This document shows positions 9,321 to 18,040 of a stretch of DNA of 64,000 bases, piece after piece. The DNA is from Clostridium sp. CAG:417. GTDB taxonomy: Bacteria; Bacillota_I; Bacilli_A; RF39; UBA660. The stretch is from positions 26,622 through 90,621 of the forward strand of contig FR890370.1 of the NCBI GenBank assembly GCA_000432835.1, read 5' to 3'. The translations under genes and the position numbers were made by a program. The notes beneath the pieces were generated by a model that saw only the letters and a list, made by a program, of their open reading frames with translations, made no database searches and was not told the DNA's origin. Every line of letters starts with the position of its first letter. Position 1 is the stretch's first letter.

Positions 9321-10736
9321 ATGATTATGAAAAAAAGATTAATAAAAAATATATTAAGTTTAATAGTGTTAATAGTTATTTTATTTACAACATATGAAAT
9401 TTTCAAATTAAATGTTTTACCAAATAAATATTTAATCTTATTTATAGTAGGAGAGACCATACTTTATCTTTTAGGTCTACTTTTTTACAATCTTAAAAAG
9501 AAGGCTCTAATAGTTATCGGAATCATCTTATTTATAATAAGTATAACTGGTAATGCTTTTGGTTATTATTTTCTAAATAAAACTAATACTTATATTGATA
9601 AAAGTTTAGGCACCAATACTTATAGTATAGAAACAAAATATTATGTTATAGCAAATAAAGATAGCACAGTAAACAATATTAAAGAATTAAAAGAAAGTGA
9701 CACAATAGAATATTATAAATACAGTCGCTCTATAGAAAAAGCCTTAAAGAAATTAGGTAATTACAATTATGTTAGTAGTGATGCTGCTTCAAAATCAATG
9801 GAAAATGTAACAAATAACAATTCTTACTTCCTAATAGCGAGTGTTAACTATGATTATCTTATGGAATCAACTAATTTATACTCTAGAGATAATTACAAAA
9901 TTATTGGTGAATTTAACGTAAAAGAAGAAATAAAAAAGAATAATACGATAAAAAATGTTTATAACATTTATATTAATGGACTTGATTTTACAGGAATCAT
10001 GCGTGATTACAATTTAATCGCAACAGTTAACTTAAATACTCATAAAATAGTTTTAACTTCTATTCCTAGAGATTATTACATTGATGTTCCTGCTTATAAT
10101 ATGAAGGACACCCTAATGTGTCTTGGCTCTCTAGACTCTGAAGTAAGCAAAGAAGCTTTAGAAAAACTATTTGATATAAAGATAGATTATACTGTAAACT
10201 TTAATACTACTAGTTTAGTAAATATAGTTGACGCCGTTAACGGAGTTGATTTCTGTTCCGACTATGACTTTACAACAACTCATGCTTTAGTAACTAATAC
10301 TTATGATGATACTAAAGGAAAAAAACTTCATGTAAATAAAGGATGTAAAACATATAATGGTACCGAAATTTTGGCCATTGCAAGAGAAAGAAACGCCTTC
10401 CCAGGAAGAGATCGTTACCGTCAAAAAAACTGTCGCCAAATATTAATTAATATAGCTCAAAAATTAGCCTCAGCTACAACCCTAACAAATTATACTGAAG
10501 TGTTAAATTCTTTTGATGGTCTATATACTACTGATATGAACGATAAGACAGTAAAATCATTAATTAAGTCTGCACTAGAAAACAAAAATTTTGAAGTTGT
10601 AGAACAAAGCGTTGATGGAACAGATGGTATTGGTATTGGACACTTAGGAACTCAAGAATCATGGATAATGAATCCTGATATGAATACTGTAAACGCTGCT
10701 ACAACTGAAATAAAAAAAGTCCTATCAGGCAAATAA
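9321..10736 (+). CDS. LytR-CpsA-Psr (LCP) family cell-wall polymer ligase
   Basis: N-terminal TM anchors, then an LCP core with the LTSIPRDYYIDVP and ARERNAFPGRDRYRQKNCRQ segments. Confidence 0.85.
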   Translation: MIMKKRLIKNILSLIVLIVILFTTYEIFKLNVLPNKYLILFIVGETILYLLGLLFYNLKKKALIVIGIILFIISITGNAFGYYFLNKTNTYIDKSLGTNTYSIETKYYVIANKDSTVNNIKELKESDTIEYYKYSRSIEKALKKLGNYNYVSSDAASKSMENVTNNNSYFLIASVNYDYLMESTNLYSRDNYKIIGEFNVKEEIKKNNTIKNVYNIYINGLDFTGIMRDYNLIATVNLNTHKIVLTSIPRDYYIDVPAYNMKDTLMCLGSLDSEVSKEALEKLFDIKIDYTVNFNTTSLVNIVDAVNGVDFCSDYDFTTTHALVTNTYDDTKGKKLHVNKGCKTYNGTEILAIARERNAFPGRDRYRQKNCRQILINIAQKLASATTLTNYTEVLNSFDGLYTTDMNDKTVKSLIKSALENKNFEVVEQSVDGTDGIGIGHLGTQESWIMNPDMNTVNAATTEIKKVLSGK

Positions 10737-10745
10737 AAAAAGAAA

Positions 10746-10779
10746 AGTCTATTTTCTACTAGGAAATAGACTTTTTTTT
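10746..10779 (+). terminator. Rho-independent terminator after the LCP gene
   Basis: AGTCTATTT / AAATAGACT stem followed by T7. Confidence 0.75.
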
Positions 10780-10798
10780 ATAAAATGTCAAAGAAATA

Positions 10799-10834
10799 TT
10801 GACTTGGAGCAAACTCAAAGGTTTACAATATAAT
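10799..10834 (+). promoter_or_regulatory. MerR-type promoter with a 19-bp spacer and an internal dyad
   Basis: TTGACT (10799-10804), a 19-nt spacer, then TACAAT (10824-10829). The spacer holds the imperfect dyad CTTGGAG-N4-CTCAAAG (10803-10820). It lies directly upstream of the MerR gene. Confidence 0.6.
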
Positions 10835-10882
10835 TGTTCAAGATTATTGAAAATAAGTTTCAAACAGAAAAGAGGTAGAAAA

Positions 10883-11254
10883 ATGACAATCAAAGAAATA
10901 TCTGATATGTATGATTTATCACCAGACACCCTAAGATTTTATGAAAAAAAGGGTTTGATTGGTCCAATACAAAGAACAAAAAGTGGAATCAGAAACTATA
11001 GTGAACCAGATTTAAAAAGAATAGAGTTCATAAAGTGTATGAGAGGAGCTGATTTACCCATAGATGTACTAAAAAAATATGTTGATTTGTTTGAACAAGG
11101 AGATAAAACAATAAATGAAAGACGCTTGCTATTAGAAAATCAAAGAACAATACTTAAAGAAAAAATAAGTAAAATGCAGGATGCATATGATCACTTGAAC
11201 AAAAAAATTGAATTATATTATTCAGGAAAACTAGACGAATATTTAAAAAAGTAA
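10883..11254 (+). CDS. MerR family transcriptional regulator
   Basis: MTIKEISDMYDLSPDTLRFYEKKGLI is a MerR HTH, with a C-terminal coiled coil. The ATG at 10883 follows AGAGG. The TTG start in the ORF track is actually the -35 box. Confidence 0.9.
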   Translation: MTIKEISDMYDLSPDTLRFYEKKGLIGPIQRTKSGIRNYSEPDLKRIEFIKCMRGADLPIDVLKKYVDLFEQGDKTINERRLLLENQRTILKEKISKMQDAYDHLNKKIELYYSGKLDEYLKK

Positions 11255-11299
11255 AGTTTAGAATAATATTATAAAATTTATTTTGAAAGGAAGAATATC

Positions 11300-11824
11300 A
11301 TGAAAGAATTAGTTATTTATTTTTCTCATACAGGAGAAAATTATATGAAGAATGGCATTGAAAATATTGAAAAAGGAAATACAGAAATAGTAGCTGAAAA
11401 CATTTCTCATCTTACAGGAGCTGATTTATTTAAAGTTGAACCTCTAAAAGAATATCCTTATAACTATCATGAATGTTGTGATGTTGCCAAAGAAGAATTA
11501 GAAAATAACTCTCGTCCTGAAATTAAAAATAAACTAGAAAACATCAGTGATTACGATACTATTTATATTGGTGGCCCTGTTTGGTGGAGTCACTATCCTA
11601 TGTGCATGTTTACATGCCTTGAAAATCTAGATTTTACTGGTAAGACAATTTATCCTTTTGCAACCAATGCGGGTTGGCTTGGTAAAACATTTAAGGATAT
11701 AGAAAAATTGTGTCCTAATTCTAAAATAGAAAAAGAAATGAATATAGTTTTTGAAAGCTATAGTGATAAATTAAAAACAACAGAAAAAGAATTAAATGAT
11801 TGGATAAACTCTATAGAAAAATAA
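11300..11824 (+). CDS. Flavodoxin-like protein
   Basis: N-terminal VIYFSHTGENY and an overall 174-aa flavodoxin-like layout, downstream of merR. Confidence 0.7.
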   Translation: MKELVIYFSHTGENYMKNGIENIEKGNTEIVAENISHLTGADLFKVEPLKEYPYNYHECCDVAKEELENNSRPEIKNKLENISDYDTIYIGGPVWWSHYPMCMFTCLENLDFTGKTIYPFATNAGWLGKTFKDIEKLCPNSKIEKEMNIVFESYSDKLKTTEKELNDWINSIEK

Positions 11825-11832
11825 GGAGAAAA

Positions 11833-12764
11833 ATGATTATGAGAAAAGATTTAGGAAAGAAAATGAATTTTTTGCCACTTCTAGATACCAATAGCAAGGC
11901 TGTAGTAGTCAACGCTGGAACACCTATGGTATTAGGATTTACTAAAGATGTACGTGATGAATATGTAAAAAGAGGTCAACTAGTTGATGTTGGTATCGCT
12001 GAAGAAAATGGTGTTGCAATGGCTAGTGGAATTGCTAAAAATGGAGGTACAGCTGTTTTTGAAACTCTAGCACCATTCTTTCAAAGAACTTATGATCAAA
12101 TATCACATGATTTATGTCTAATGATAGTCCCGCAACAATGTTAGTACTAAGTCCTGGCGCTTATGGAATGAACTCTGATACACATCTAGCTCTTTGTGAT
12201 ATTCAAATGTTTGCTCACATTCCAAAATTTATTTATTTAGCACCATTCACTAAAAGTGAATACAAAAATATGTTAAAATTTGCTACTACTCAGAAAAACC
12301 ATCCAGTAGGAATTAGAGTACCAGCCGAATTCTCTAAAATAGATACTTGCGATAATACAGACTATACAATATATAACAAAAATAAGATTGTCCTAAATGG
12401 TAATACAGTAGCAATCTTTGCTATAGGAAAAATGATGGATATGACCCTTGACATTGCCAAAAAGGTAAAACAAGAAAAAAATCTTGATATTACTGTCATC
12501 AACCCTTTATTTTTAACTGGATTAGATGAAACTCTATTAAATGACTTAAAGAAAAATCACAAATTAGTAATCACTTTAGAAGATGGTGAACTAATGGGTG
12601 GCTATGGTCAAAATATTTCATCATTTTATGGCACTAGTGACATACTAGTTAAAAACTTCGGTATTAGTAAAAAATTCCATACTGATTTCACAGCGGAAGA
12701 CTTGTTAAAAGAAAACGGTATGTCGGTTGAAAATATATCTAACATTATAGAAAATATGTTATAG
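11833..12764 (+). pseudogene. DXS/transketolase-like C-terminal half, frameshifted and lacking the N-terminal TPP domain
   Basis: Two ORFs (11800-12144 and 12114-12764) join into one DXS-like sequence: ..DVGIAEENGVAMASGIA..FFQRTYDQISHDLCL | NDSPATMLVLSPGAYGMNSDTH... This requires one nt to be restored near 12120. No pyrophosphate-binding N-terminal domain lies upstream, where the flavodoxin gene sits instead. Confidence 0.75.
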
Positions 12765-12770
12765 AAAGAT

Positions 12771-12796
12771 ACTAGTTTTAAAACTAGTTTTTTTTC
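12771..12796 (+). terminator. Rho-independent terminator
   Basis: ACTAGTT-TTAA-AACTAGT hairpin followed by T8. Confidence 0.7.
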
Positions 12797-12832
12797 TCCA
12801 GAAATATTATAATATAATTGAAAGAGGATAAT

Positions 12833-13390
12833 ATGGAAACAAAAAGATGTAAATGGTGCAATGAAAAAAATAAAATATATATTAAATATCACGACAGCGA
12901 GTGGGGCATAAAAAATGAGGATGATGCTTACTTATTTGAAATGCTAATACTAGAATCCTTTCAGGCTGGCTTATCATGGGAATGCATTCTAAATAAAAGA
13001 GATAATTTTAGAAAAGCATATGATAATTTTGATCTAAATAAAGTATTAAATTATGATGATAAAAAGATTAATGAATTGCGACGAAATAAAGGTATTATAC
13101 GTAATAGTCTAAAAATAAAAGCAAGTATCAATAATGCTAAGATATTTAAAAGTATTATTGATGAATATGGTAATTTTATTACTTATCTCTATAAATTTGC
13201 TCCCTCAGTTCCGATTTATGAAACCAACAAAAGCAATTCTTTACTATCTGATGAAATCTCTAAAGACCTAAAGAAAAGGGGTATGAAGTTTGTAGGGACA
13301 ACTATTATATATTCATATCTCCAAGCTATCGGTATTATTAATTCACATGAAAAAAATTGTTTTATGTATAAGGAGGAAAAACATGTTTAA
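12833..13390 (+). CDS. tag: DNA-3-methyladenine glycosylase I
   Basis: KRCKWCNEKNKIYIKYHDSEWG and FQAGLSW motifs. The ATG at 12833 follows AAAGAGGA. Confidence 0.9.
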   Translation: METKRCKWCNEKNKIYIKYHDSEWGIKNEDDAYLFEMLILESFQAGLSWECILNKRDNFRKAYDNFDLNKVLNYDDKKINELRRNKGIIRNSLKIKASINNAKIFKSIIDEYGNFITYLYKFAPSVPIYETNKSNSLLSDEISKDLKKRGMKFVGTTIIYSYLQAIGIINSHEKNCFMYKEEKHV

Positions 13391-14363
13391 TTATAAAAAA
13401 ATGCCAAAAGTCGAACTTCACCTTCATCTAGATGGATCCGTAAGACCAGAAACAGCGGCTAAATTACTAGGAATAGATATTGCTGAAGCCCGAAAAAATA
13501 TGATTGCTGATGACAAATGTTTAGATTTAAATGATTATTTAACCAAGTTTTTTATTCCTGGGAAGGTTATGCAAACAAAAAAGAATTTAGAATTAATCTC
13601 AGAGGAACTTGCAGCTGATTTGGAAGAAGACGGAGTAATTTATGCTGAAATTAGATTTGCACCTCTTAAACATGTTTTTAAAGGTTTAAGTTTAGATGAA
13701 GTTGTAGAAAGCGTTCTTAAAGGGTTAGCTAAAAAAAGTCTTAAAACGAATCTTATTCTTTGTATGATGCGTGGTGATAAAGAAGAAGATAATATTAAAG
13801 TAGTAGATTTAGCTGAAAGATTTTTAAATAGAGGAGTAGTTGCTCTTGATTTAGCTGGAGCAGAATCTATTTATAAAACTATTGATTATAAAAATTTATT
13901 TGCATACGCTAAGGGTAAGAACATTCCTTTTACCATTCATGCTGGAGAAGCAGACGGAAAAGATAGTATGAAGGCAGCTATAGATTTTGGAGCCAAGAGA
14001 TTGGGACACGGAGTAAATGCTATTTTTCACAAAGAACTATTAGAAGAAATTAGACAAAAAGATATACTATTAGAAATTTGTCCAACCAGCAATGTACAAA
14101 CTAATGTCATAAAAGATATAAAATATCACCCAGTAAGAAAGTTGTATGATGCAAATATATTAGTTTCTATAAATACCGATAACAACACAGTATCTAATGT
14201 CACATTAACAACAGAATATGAAAAACTAGCGCAAAAACTAAACTTTACTTACAAAGACTTTGTTAAAATGAATAAAGATGCTATAAGACATGCTTTTATA
14301 AGTGAAGATGAAAAAGAACAATTACTGCAAAAATATGATGAAAAACTAAACCAATTAAGTTAA
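13383..14363 (+). CDS. add: Adenosine deaminase
   Basis: VELHLHLDGS, FTIHAGE and SINTDN motifs. The ATG at 13383 follows AAGGAGGA and overlaps the end of tag by 8 nt. Confidence 0.9.
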   Translation: MFNYKKMPKVELHLHLDGSVRPETAAKLLGIDIAEARKNMIADDKCLDLNDYLTKFFIPGKVMQTKKNLELISEELAADLEEDGVIYAEIRFAPLKHVFKGLSLDEVVESVLKGLAKKSLKTNLILCMMRGDKEEDNIKVVDLAERFLNRGVVALDLAGAESIYKTIDYKNLFAYAKGKNIPFTIHAGEADGKDSMKAAIDFGAKRLGHGVNAIFHKELLEEIRQKDILLEICPTSNVQTNVIKDIKYHPVRKLYDANILVSINTDNNTVSNVTLTTEYEKLAQKLNFTYKDFVKMNKDAIRHAFISEDEKEQLLQKYDEKLNQLS

Positions 14364-14365
14364 AG

Positions 14366-14394
14366 TTGTATTTTTTTCCGTTTTATGATATAAT
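14366..14394 (+). promoter_or_regulatory. Putative extended -10 promoter of queH
   Basis: TTGTAT (14366-14371), a 17-nt spacer, then TG-n-TATAAT (TG at 14386-7, TATAAT at 14389-14394). Confidence 0.45.
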
Positions 14395-14457
14395 ATGTCA
14401 GACAATTGAGGTGTAGCCATAAATATAAAATTAATTAAGAATGAAAAAGGAGTAAGC

Positions 14458-15057
14458 ATGAACTACGATTTAAAAATGGAAGAACAAATTAATAATATGG
14501 AAGGCAAGGTAAAAACTTTGCTCCTTCACGCATGTTGTGCTCCATGTTCATCAGCATGCTTAGAACGTCTTGGCAATAATTTTAAAATATCTATTTTTTA
14601 TTATAATCCTAATATAACTAGTAAAAGTGAATATGATAAAAGACTAGCAGAAGTTCAAAAATTTGCCGCACAGTTCAAGATAAAATATCCCATAGAAGTA
14701 ATAGCGGGAGACTATGAAAAAGAAAAATTCTTGGAAATGGCTAAAGGCTTAGAAAATGAACCAGAGCGAGGTAAACGCTGTTATTTATGCTACAAATTAC
14801 GCCTAGAAAAAACGGCTCAATATGCTTCTGAGCATCACTTTGACTTTTTCGCAACAACTCTAACTCTAAGTCCCTACAAAAACGCCATTTGGTTAAATGA
14901 AATAGGGGAGAGTCTTAATAAAGAAATATCTGCTACCTATTTATATTCTGACTTTAAAAAGAAAAATGGCTATAAAAGAAGTATTGAACTTTCAAAGAAA
15001 TATAACTTATATCGCCAAAATTACTGTGGCTGCATCTATTCAAAAATCGGGAGGTAA
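14458..15057 (+). CDS. queH: Epoxyqueuosine reductase QueH (DUF208)
   Basis: LLLHACCAPCS near the N-terminus and C-terminal NYCGC cysteines, with typical length. Confidence 0.85.
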   Translation: MNYDLKMEEQINNMEGKVKTLLLHACCAPCSSACLERLGNNFKISIFYYNPNITSKSEYDKRLAEVQKFAAQFKIKYPIEVIAGDYEKEKFLEMAKGLENEPERGKRCYLCYKLRLEKTAQYASEHHFDFFATTLTLSPYKNAIWLNEIGESLNKEISATYLYSDFKKKNGYKRSIELSKKYNLYRQNYCGCIYSKIGR

Positions 15058-15058
15058 T

Positions 15059-15826
15059 ATGCTTAACTACGTAAATGAAGAAGAACTAGAAAAAGAAGAG
15101 TATCCCTTCGAATATGGTGGGGAATCAAATCTATATCGCTTAAAAGGTAATCTAGAAGTGTATAAAAAATATATTTCTTTAAGTGATTCTATTGTCAGAA
15201 ATAAAACAGAAAAATTACTTTACATAGATAAAAACAAAGATAAAATACCTTCTGCCATAACACCTACTAAAATAATTGTTAATTCAAAATACTTATCTAC
15301 AGGATACACAATGAAGTACTCAAAAAATTGCGATCTAGAAAATTTCATGATGTCAAATGAGCATTCTCATAATGAAAAACTTGACATGCTTAAAAAACTA
15401 AGAGAAATTCTCTTTACTTACGCAAGCAATGGTATCTTTTATTTTGATTGTAATATTACCAATTTTTTATGTAGCAAGGAAAGTAATCAAAGTAAAATAG
15501 ATATTATTGATATAGACAATATAGAAATAGATAATGCTGATGCCAAAATTACTTCAGACTGTTATAATAATGATATGACAAGATATTTAAAAAATGGCGG
15601 CCAAAAAGGAAATGATATGTTGACATATGCCTTTAATCATTTAACTAGAATGTGTTTTAATAGAGTTCCAGAACTTGAGTATAAAATTAATCCTTTATCA
15701 AGAACTTCATATTCAGCTTGCACATTAGGTACATTTTGTTATACCCTTGATCAAGCATCAGTAGACACTATAGCTGACCATGAATTTCTTCTAGATTATC
15801 TTACTGACATCACCAAAAAAATATGA
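15059..15826 (+). CDS. Hypothetical protein with a possible protein-kinase-like fold
   Basis: The ATG at 15059 follows GGGAGG, 1 nt after the queH stop. It has a Gly-rich segment (FEYGGESNLY), a Lys in EVYKKY, a hinge-like GYTMKY, FDCNITNF (D..N) and IDIIDIDN. The function is inferred only. Confidence 0.55.
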   Translation: MLNYVNEEELEKEEYPFEYGGESNLYRLKGNLEVYKKYISLSDSIVRNKTEKLLYIDKNKDKIPSAITPTKIIVNSKYLSTGYTMKYSKNCDLENFMMSNEHSHNEKLDMLKKLREILFTYASNGIFYFDCNITNFLCSKESNQSKIDIIDIDNIEIDNADAKITSDCYNNDMTRYLKNGGQKGNDMLTYAFNHLTRMCFNRVPELEYKINPLSRTSYSACTLGTFCYTLDQASVDTIADHEFLLDYLTDITKKI

Positions 15827-15917
15827 GAGGATGTCTCATTTTTTTATCTAAAAACAAATGAACACTAATATTTACAATCAAAAGCACATAGTTTATAATA
15901 TAACTAGAGGTGAAACA

Positions 15918-17222
15918 ATGAAATATTATTGTATAGGTATTAAAGGAACAGGTATGTCAACACTTGCTCAAATACTTTCAGATTTAGGAAATGAAGTAAG
16001 TGGTTACGATGATGCTACTGAATATAAATTTACCCAAAAAGGATTAGACGAAAGAAATATTAAAATATATTATGATAATACACACGATATTCCCAAGGAT
16101 ACTATTGTTACTTATTCAGTTGCCTTTAAAGAAGACCACAAGGAATTAAAAAGAGTAAAGGAATTAGGTTTAACAATCAAAAAATATAATGAAATAGTAG
16201 GAGACATTACAAAAATGTTTAATACTATCTCAGTAGCCGGAACACATGGAAAAACTTCTACATCATCAATGATTAGACATATATTAGAAGACTCCATTGG
16301 TTGCAGTTACTTCGTTGGGGCAGGAGATGGCCGTATTAATCCAAATAGTGATATTTTTGTTATTGAATCAGACGAATTTAACAAACATTTATTAACTTAT
16401 TATCCAACTAATTCTATCATTACTAATATTGAAAAAGAACATATGGAGTGTTATAAAGATCTTCAAGATATAATTGATACATTTTCAACATTTGCAAATC
16501 ACACTAAAAATAGATTAATAACGTGTGGCGATAACCCTAACTGCCATAGCTTAAACACTAAAACTCCTATTACTTATTATGGATTTAATGAAGATAATGA
16601 TGTAATTATAAAAAATCATCATGTTGCAGAAGACGGAGAAACTTTTGATCTTTACTTTAAAGATAAGCTATTTGATACATTTACAATTCCTGTTTATGGC
16701 AAACATATGGTTTTAAACGCTACTGCAGCAATCATCATGTGTAACATATATGGTATTTCAAAGGAACAAATCAAAAATAGTTTCAAAACATTTAAGAATG
16801 CTAAACGTCGTTTTGCCGAAGAAAAAGTAGGAAATGCTATCATCATTGATGACTATGCTCATCATCCAACAGAAATAAGTGCTACCCTAGATGCTGTTAA
16901 AAGAAAATATAAAGATAGAAGAGTAGTAGCAGTTTTTAAACCAAATACTTATTCTAGAACTAAAGACTTTACCAATGAATTTGTAACTGCTTTAAGTAAA
17001 GCCGACAAAGTTTATTTAACAGAAATAGATTGCAATAGAGAAAGACAAAGTGATTATCCTGGCGTTACATCAAATCTTATTGTAGAAAAAATAAAAGGTG
17101 CCGAAATAATTTCAGAAGATACCATTGATAAACTAAAAAATGAAAAAGACTCGGTTGTTTGTTTTATGAGCTGTGCCTACGTCAATCATTTAATCGATGC
17201 TTTTAAAGAAATAATAAAATAA
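15918..17222 (+). CDS. murC: UDP-N-acetylmuramate--L-alanine ligase
   Basis: MKYYCIGIKGTGMSTLA N-terminus, GTHGKTSTSS P-loop and DDYAHHPTE motif. The ATG at 15918 follows AGAGGTGA. Confidence 0.9.
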   Translation: MKYYCIGIKGTGMSTLAQILSDLGNEVSGYDDATEYKFTQKGLDERNIKIYYDNTHDIPKDTIVTYSVAFKEDHKELKRVKELGLTIKKYNEIVGDITKMFNTISVAGTHGKTSTSSMIRHILEDSIGCSYFVGAGDGRINPNSDIFVIESDEFNKHLLTYYPTNSIITNIEKEHMECYKDLQDIIDTFSTFANHTKNRLITCGDNPNCHSLNTKTPITYYGFNEDNDVIIKNHHVAEDGETFDLYFKDKLFDTFTIPVYGKHMVLNATAAIIMCNIYGISKEQIKNSFKTFKNAKRRFAEEKVGNAIIIDDYAHHPTEISATLDAVKRKYKDRRVVAVFKPNTYSRTKDFTNEFVTALSKADKVYLTEIDCNRERQSDYPGVTSNLIVEKIKGAEIISEDTIDKLKNEKDSVVCFMSCAYVNHLIDAFKEIIK

Positions 17223-17245
17223 GAATACACGTTATTCTTTTTTTG
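17221..17245 (+). terminator. Rho-independent terminator after murC
   Basis: AAGAATA-CACGT-TATTCTT hairpin followed by T6. Confidence 0.7.
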
Positions 17246-17383
17246 TTTCCCATAATTTCCCATAATTGTTTGATAATTTTTTGACAATTTTTTCCTATAC
17301 TGAAAATGTAAAGAGGAGGCGATGCCCATAAGGTTATCAAAATAAAGTAAAACATGATATAATACTATTGGTAGGTGATGAAA

Positions 17384-18040
17384 ATGTATACAATTTGTTT
17401 TGTAGAAGATGAAAAAGACCTTTCCAATTTAATAAAAGTTTATTTAGAAAAAGCTGGTTATAAGGTTGTGACCTTCAATAAAGGAGCTGATGCTATCGAT
17501 TATATAGGTCAACCTGTAGATGTATGGATATTAGATATTATGTTAGAAGATGACATTAGTGGATATGATATCATTAAAGAAATCAGAAAAAATAATAGTA
17601 ATGTCCCAGTTATTTTCACCTCAGCAAGAGATCAAGAAATAGATAAAATATTAGGTCTTGAACTAGGGAGTGATGATTACATTACAAAACCATATTCTAG
17701 TAAAGAACTTGTTCTACGAGTAAATAATATTATAAAACGTGTTTATAAAAAAGAAGAAAAAACAATTAATTACGAAACTTATCAAATAGATTTAGAAAAA
17801 AGAGTAGTTTACAAAGACCAAAAACAAATAAAACTTACAACATTAGAGTTTGATCTACTTATCCTATTTTTAAAAAATATCAATAAAGGTTTTTCTAGAG
17901 ATGAAATACTTAACTATATTTGGGGTGATGACTACTTTGGTACAGACAGAGTTGTAGATGATTTAGTTAGAAGACTTAGAAAGAAAATGCCAAAGTTAAA
18001 CATTAATGCCATTTATGGATATGGGTATCGTATGTCATGA
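17384..18040 (+). CDS. OmpR-family response regulator
   Basis: Receiver domain (VEDE..., ILDIMLED, TSARD, KP) plus a winged-helix C-terminus (LTTLEFDLLILF...YGYGYRM). The start could be 17375, 17378 or 17384; 17384 fits the RBS best. Confidence 0.9.
   Translation: MYTICFVEDEKDLSNLIKVYLEKAGYKVVTFNKGADAIDYIGQPVDVWILDIMLEDDISGYDIIKEIRKNNSNVPVIFTSARDQEIDKILGLELGSDDYITKPYSSKELVLRVNNIIKRVYKKEEKTINYETYQIDLEKRVVYKDQKQIKLTTLEFDLLILFLKNINKGFSRDEILNYIWGDDYFGTDRVVDDLVRRLRKKMPKLNINAIYGYGYRMS

Noticed and set aside
11800-11832. The upstream extension of the DXS-like ORF (MDKLYRKIRRK) overlapping the flavodoxin gene end.
   Set aside because: It overlaps the flavodoxin coding region. AAGGAG plus the ATG at 11833 is the plausible original start.
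17281-17286. A perfect TTGACA box upstream of the response regulator.
   Set aside because: No acceptable -10 lies at 16-18 nt; TATACT is only 9 nt away. The extended -10 at 17355-17363 is the better promoter candidate.
17312-17345. A mini-ORF MPIRLSK preceded by AGAGGAGG upstream of the two-component system, considered as a possible leader peptide.
   Set aside because: Only 2 nt separate the SD-like sequence from the ATG, which is too short for initiation. It lies upstream of the best -10 element. There is no supporting structure.
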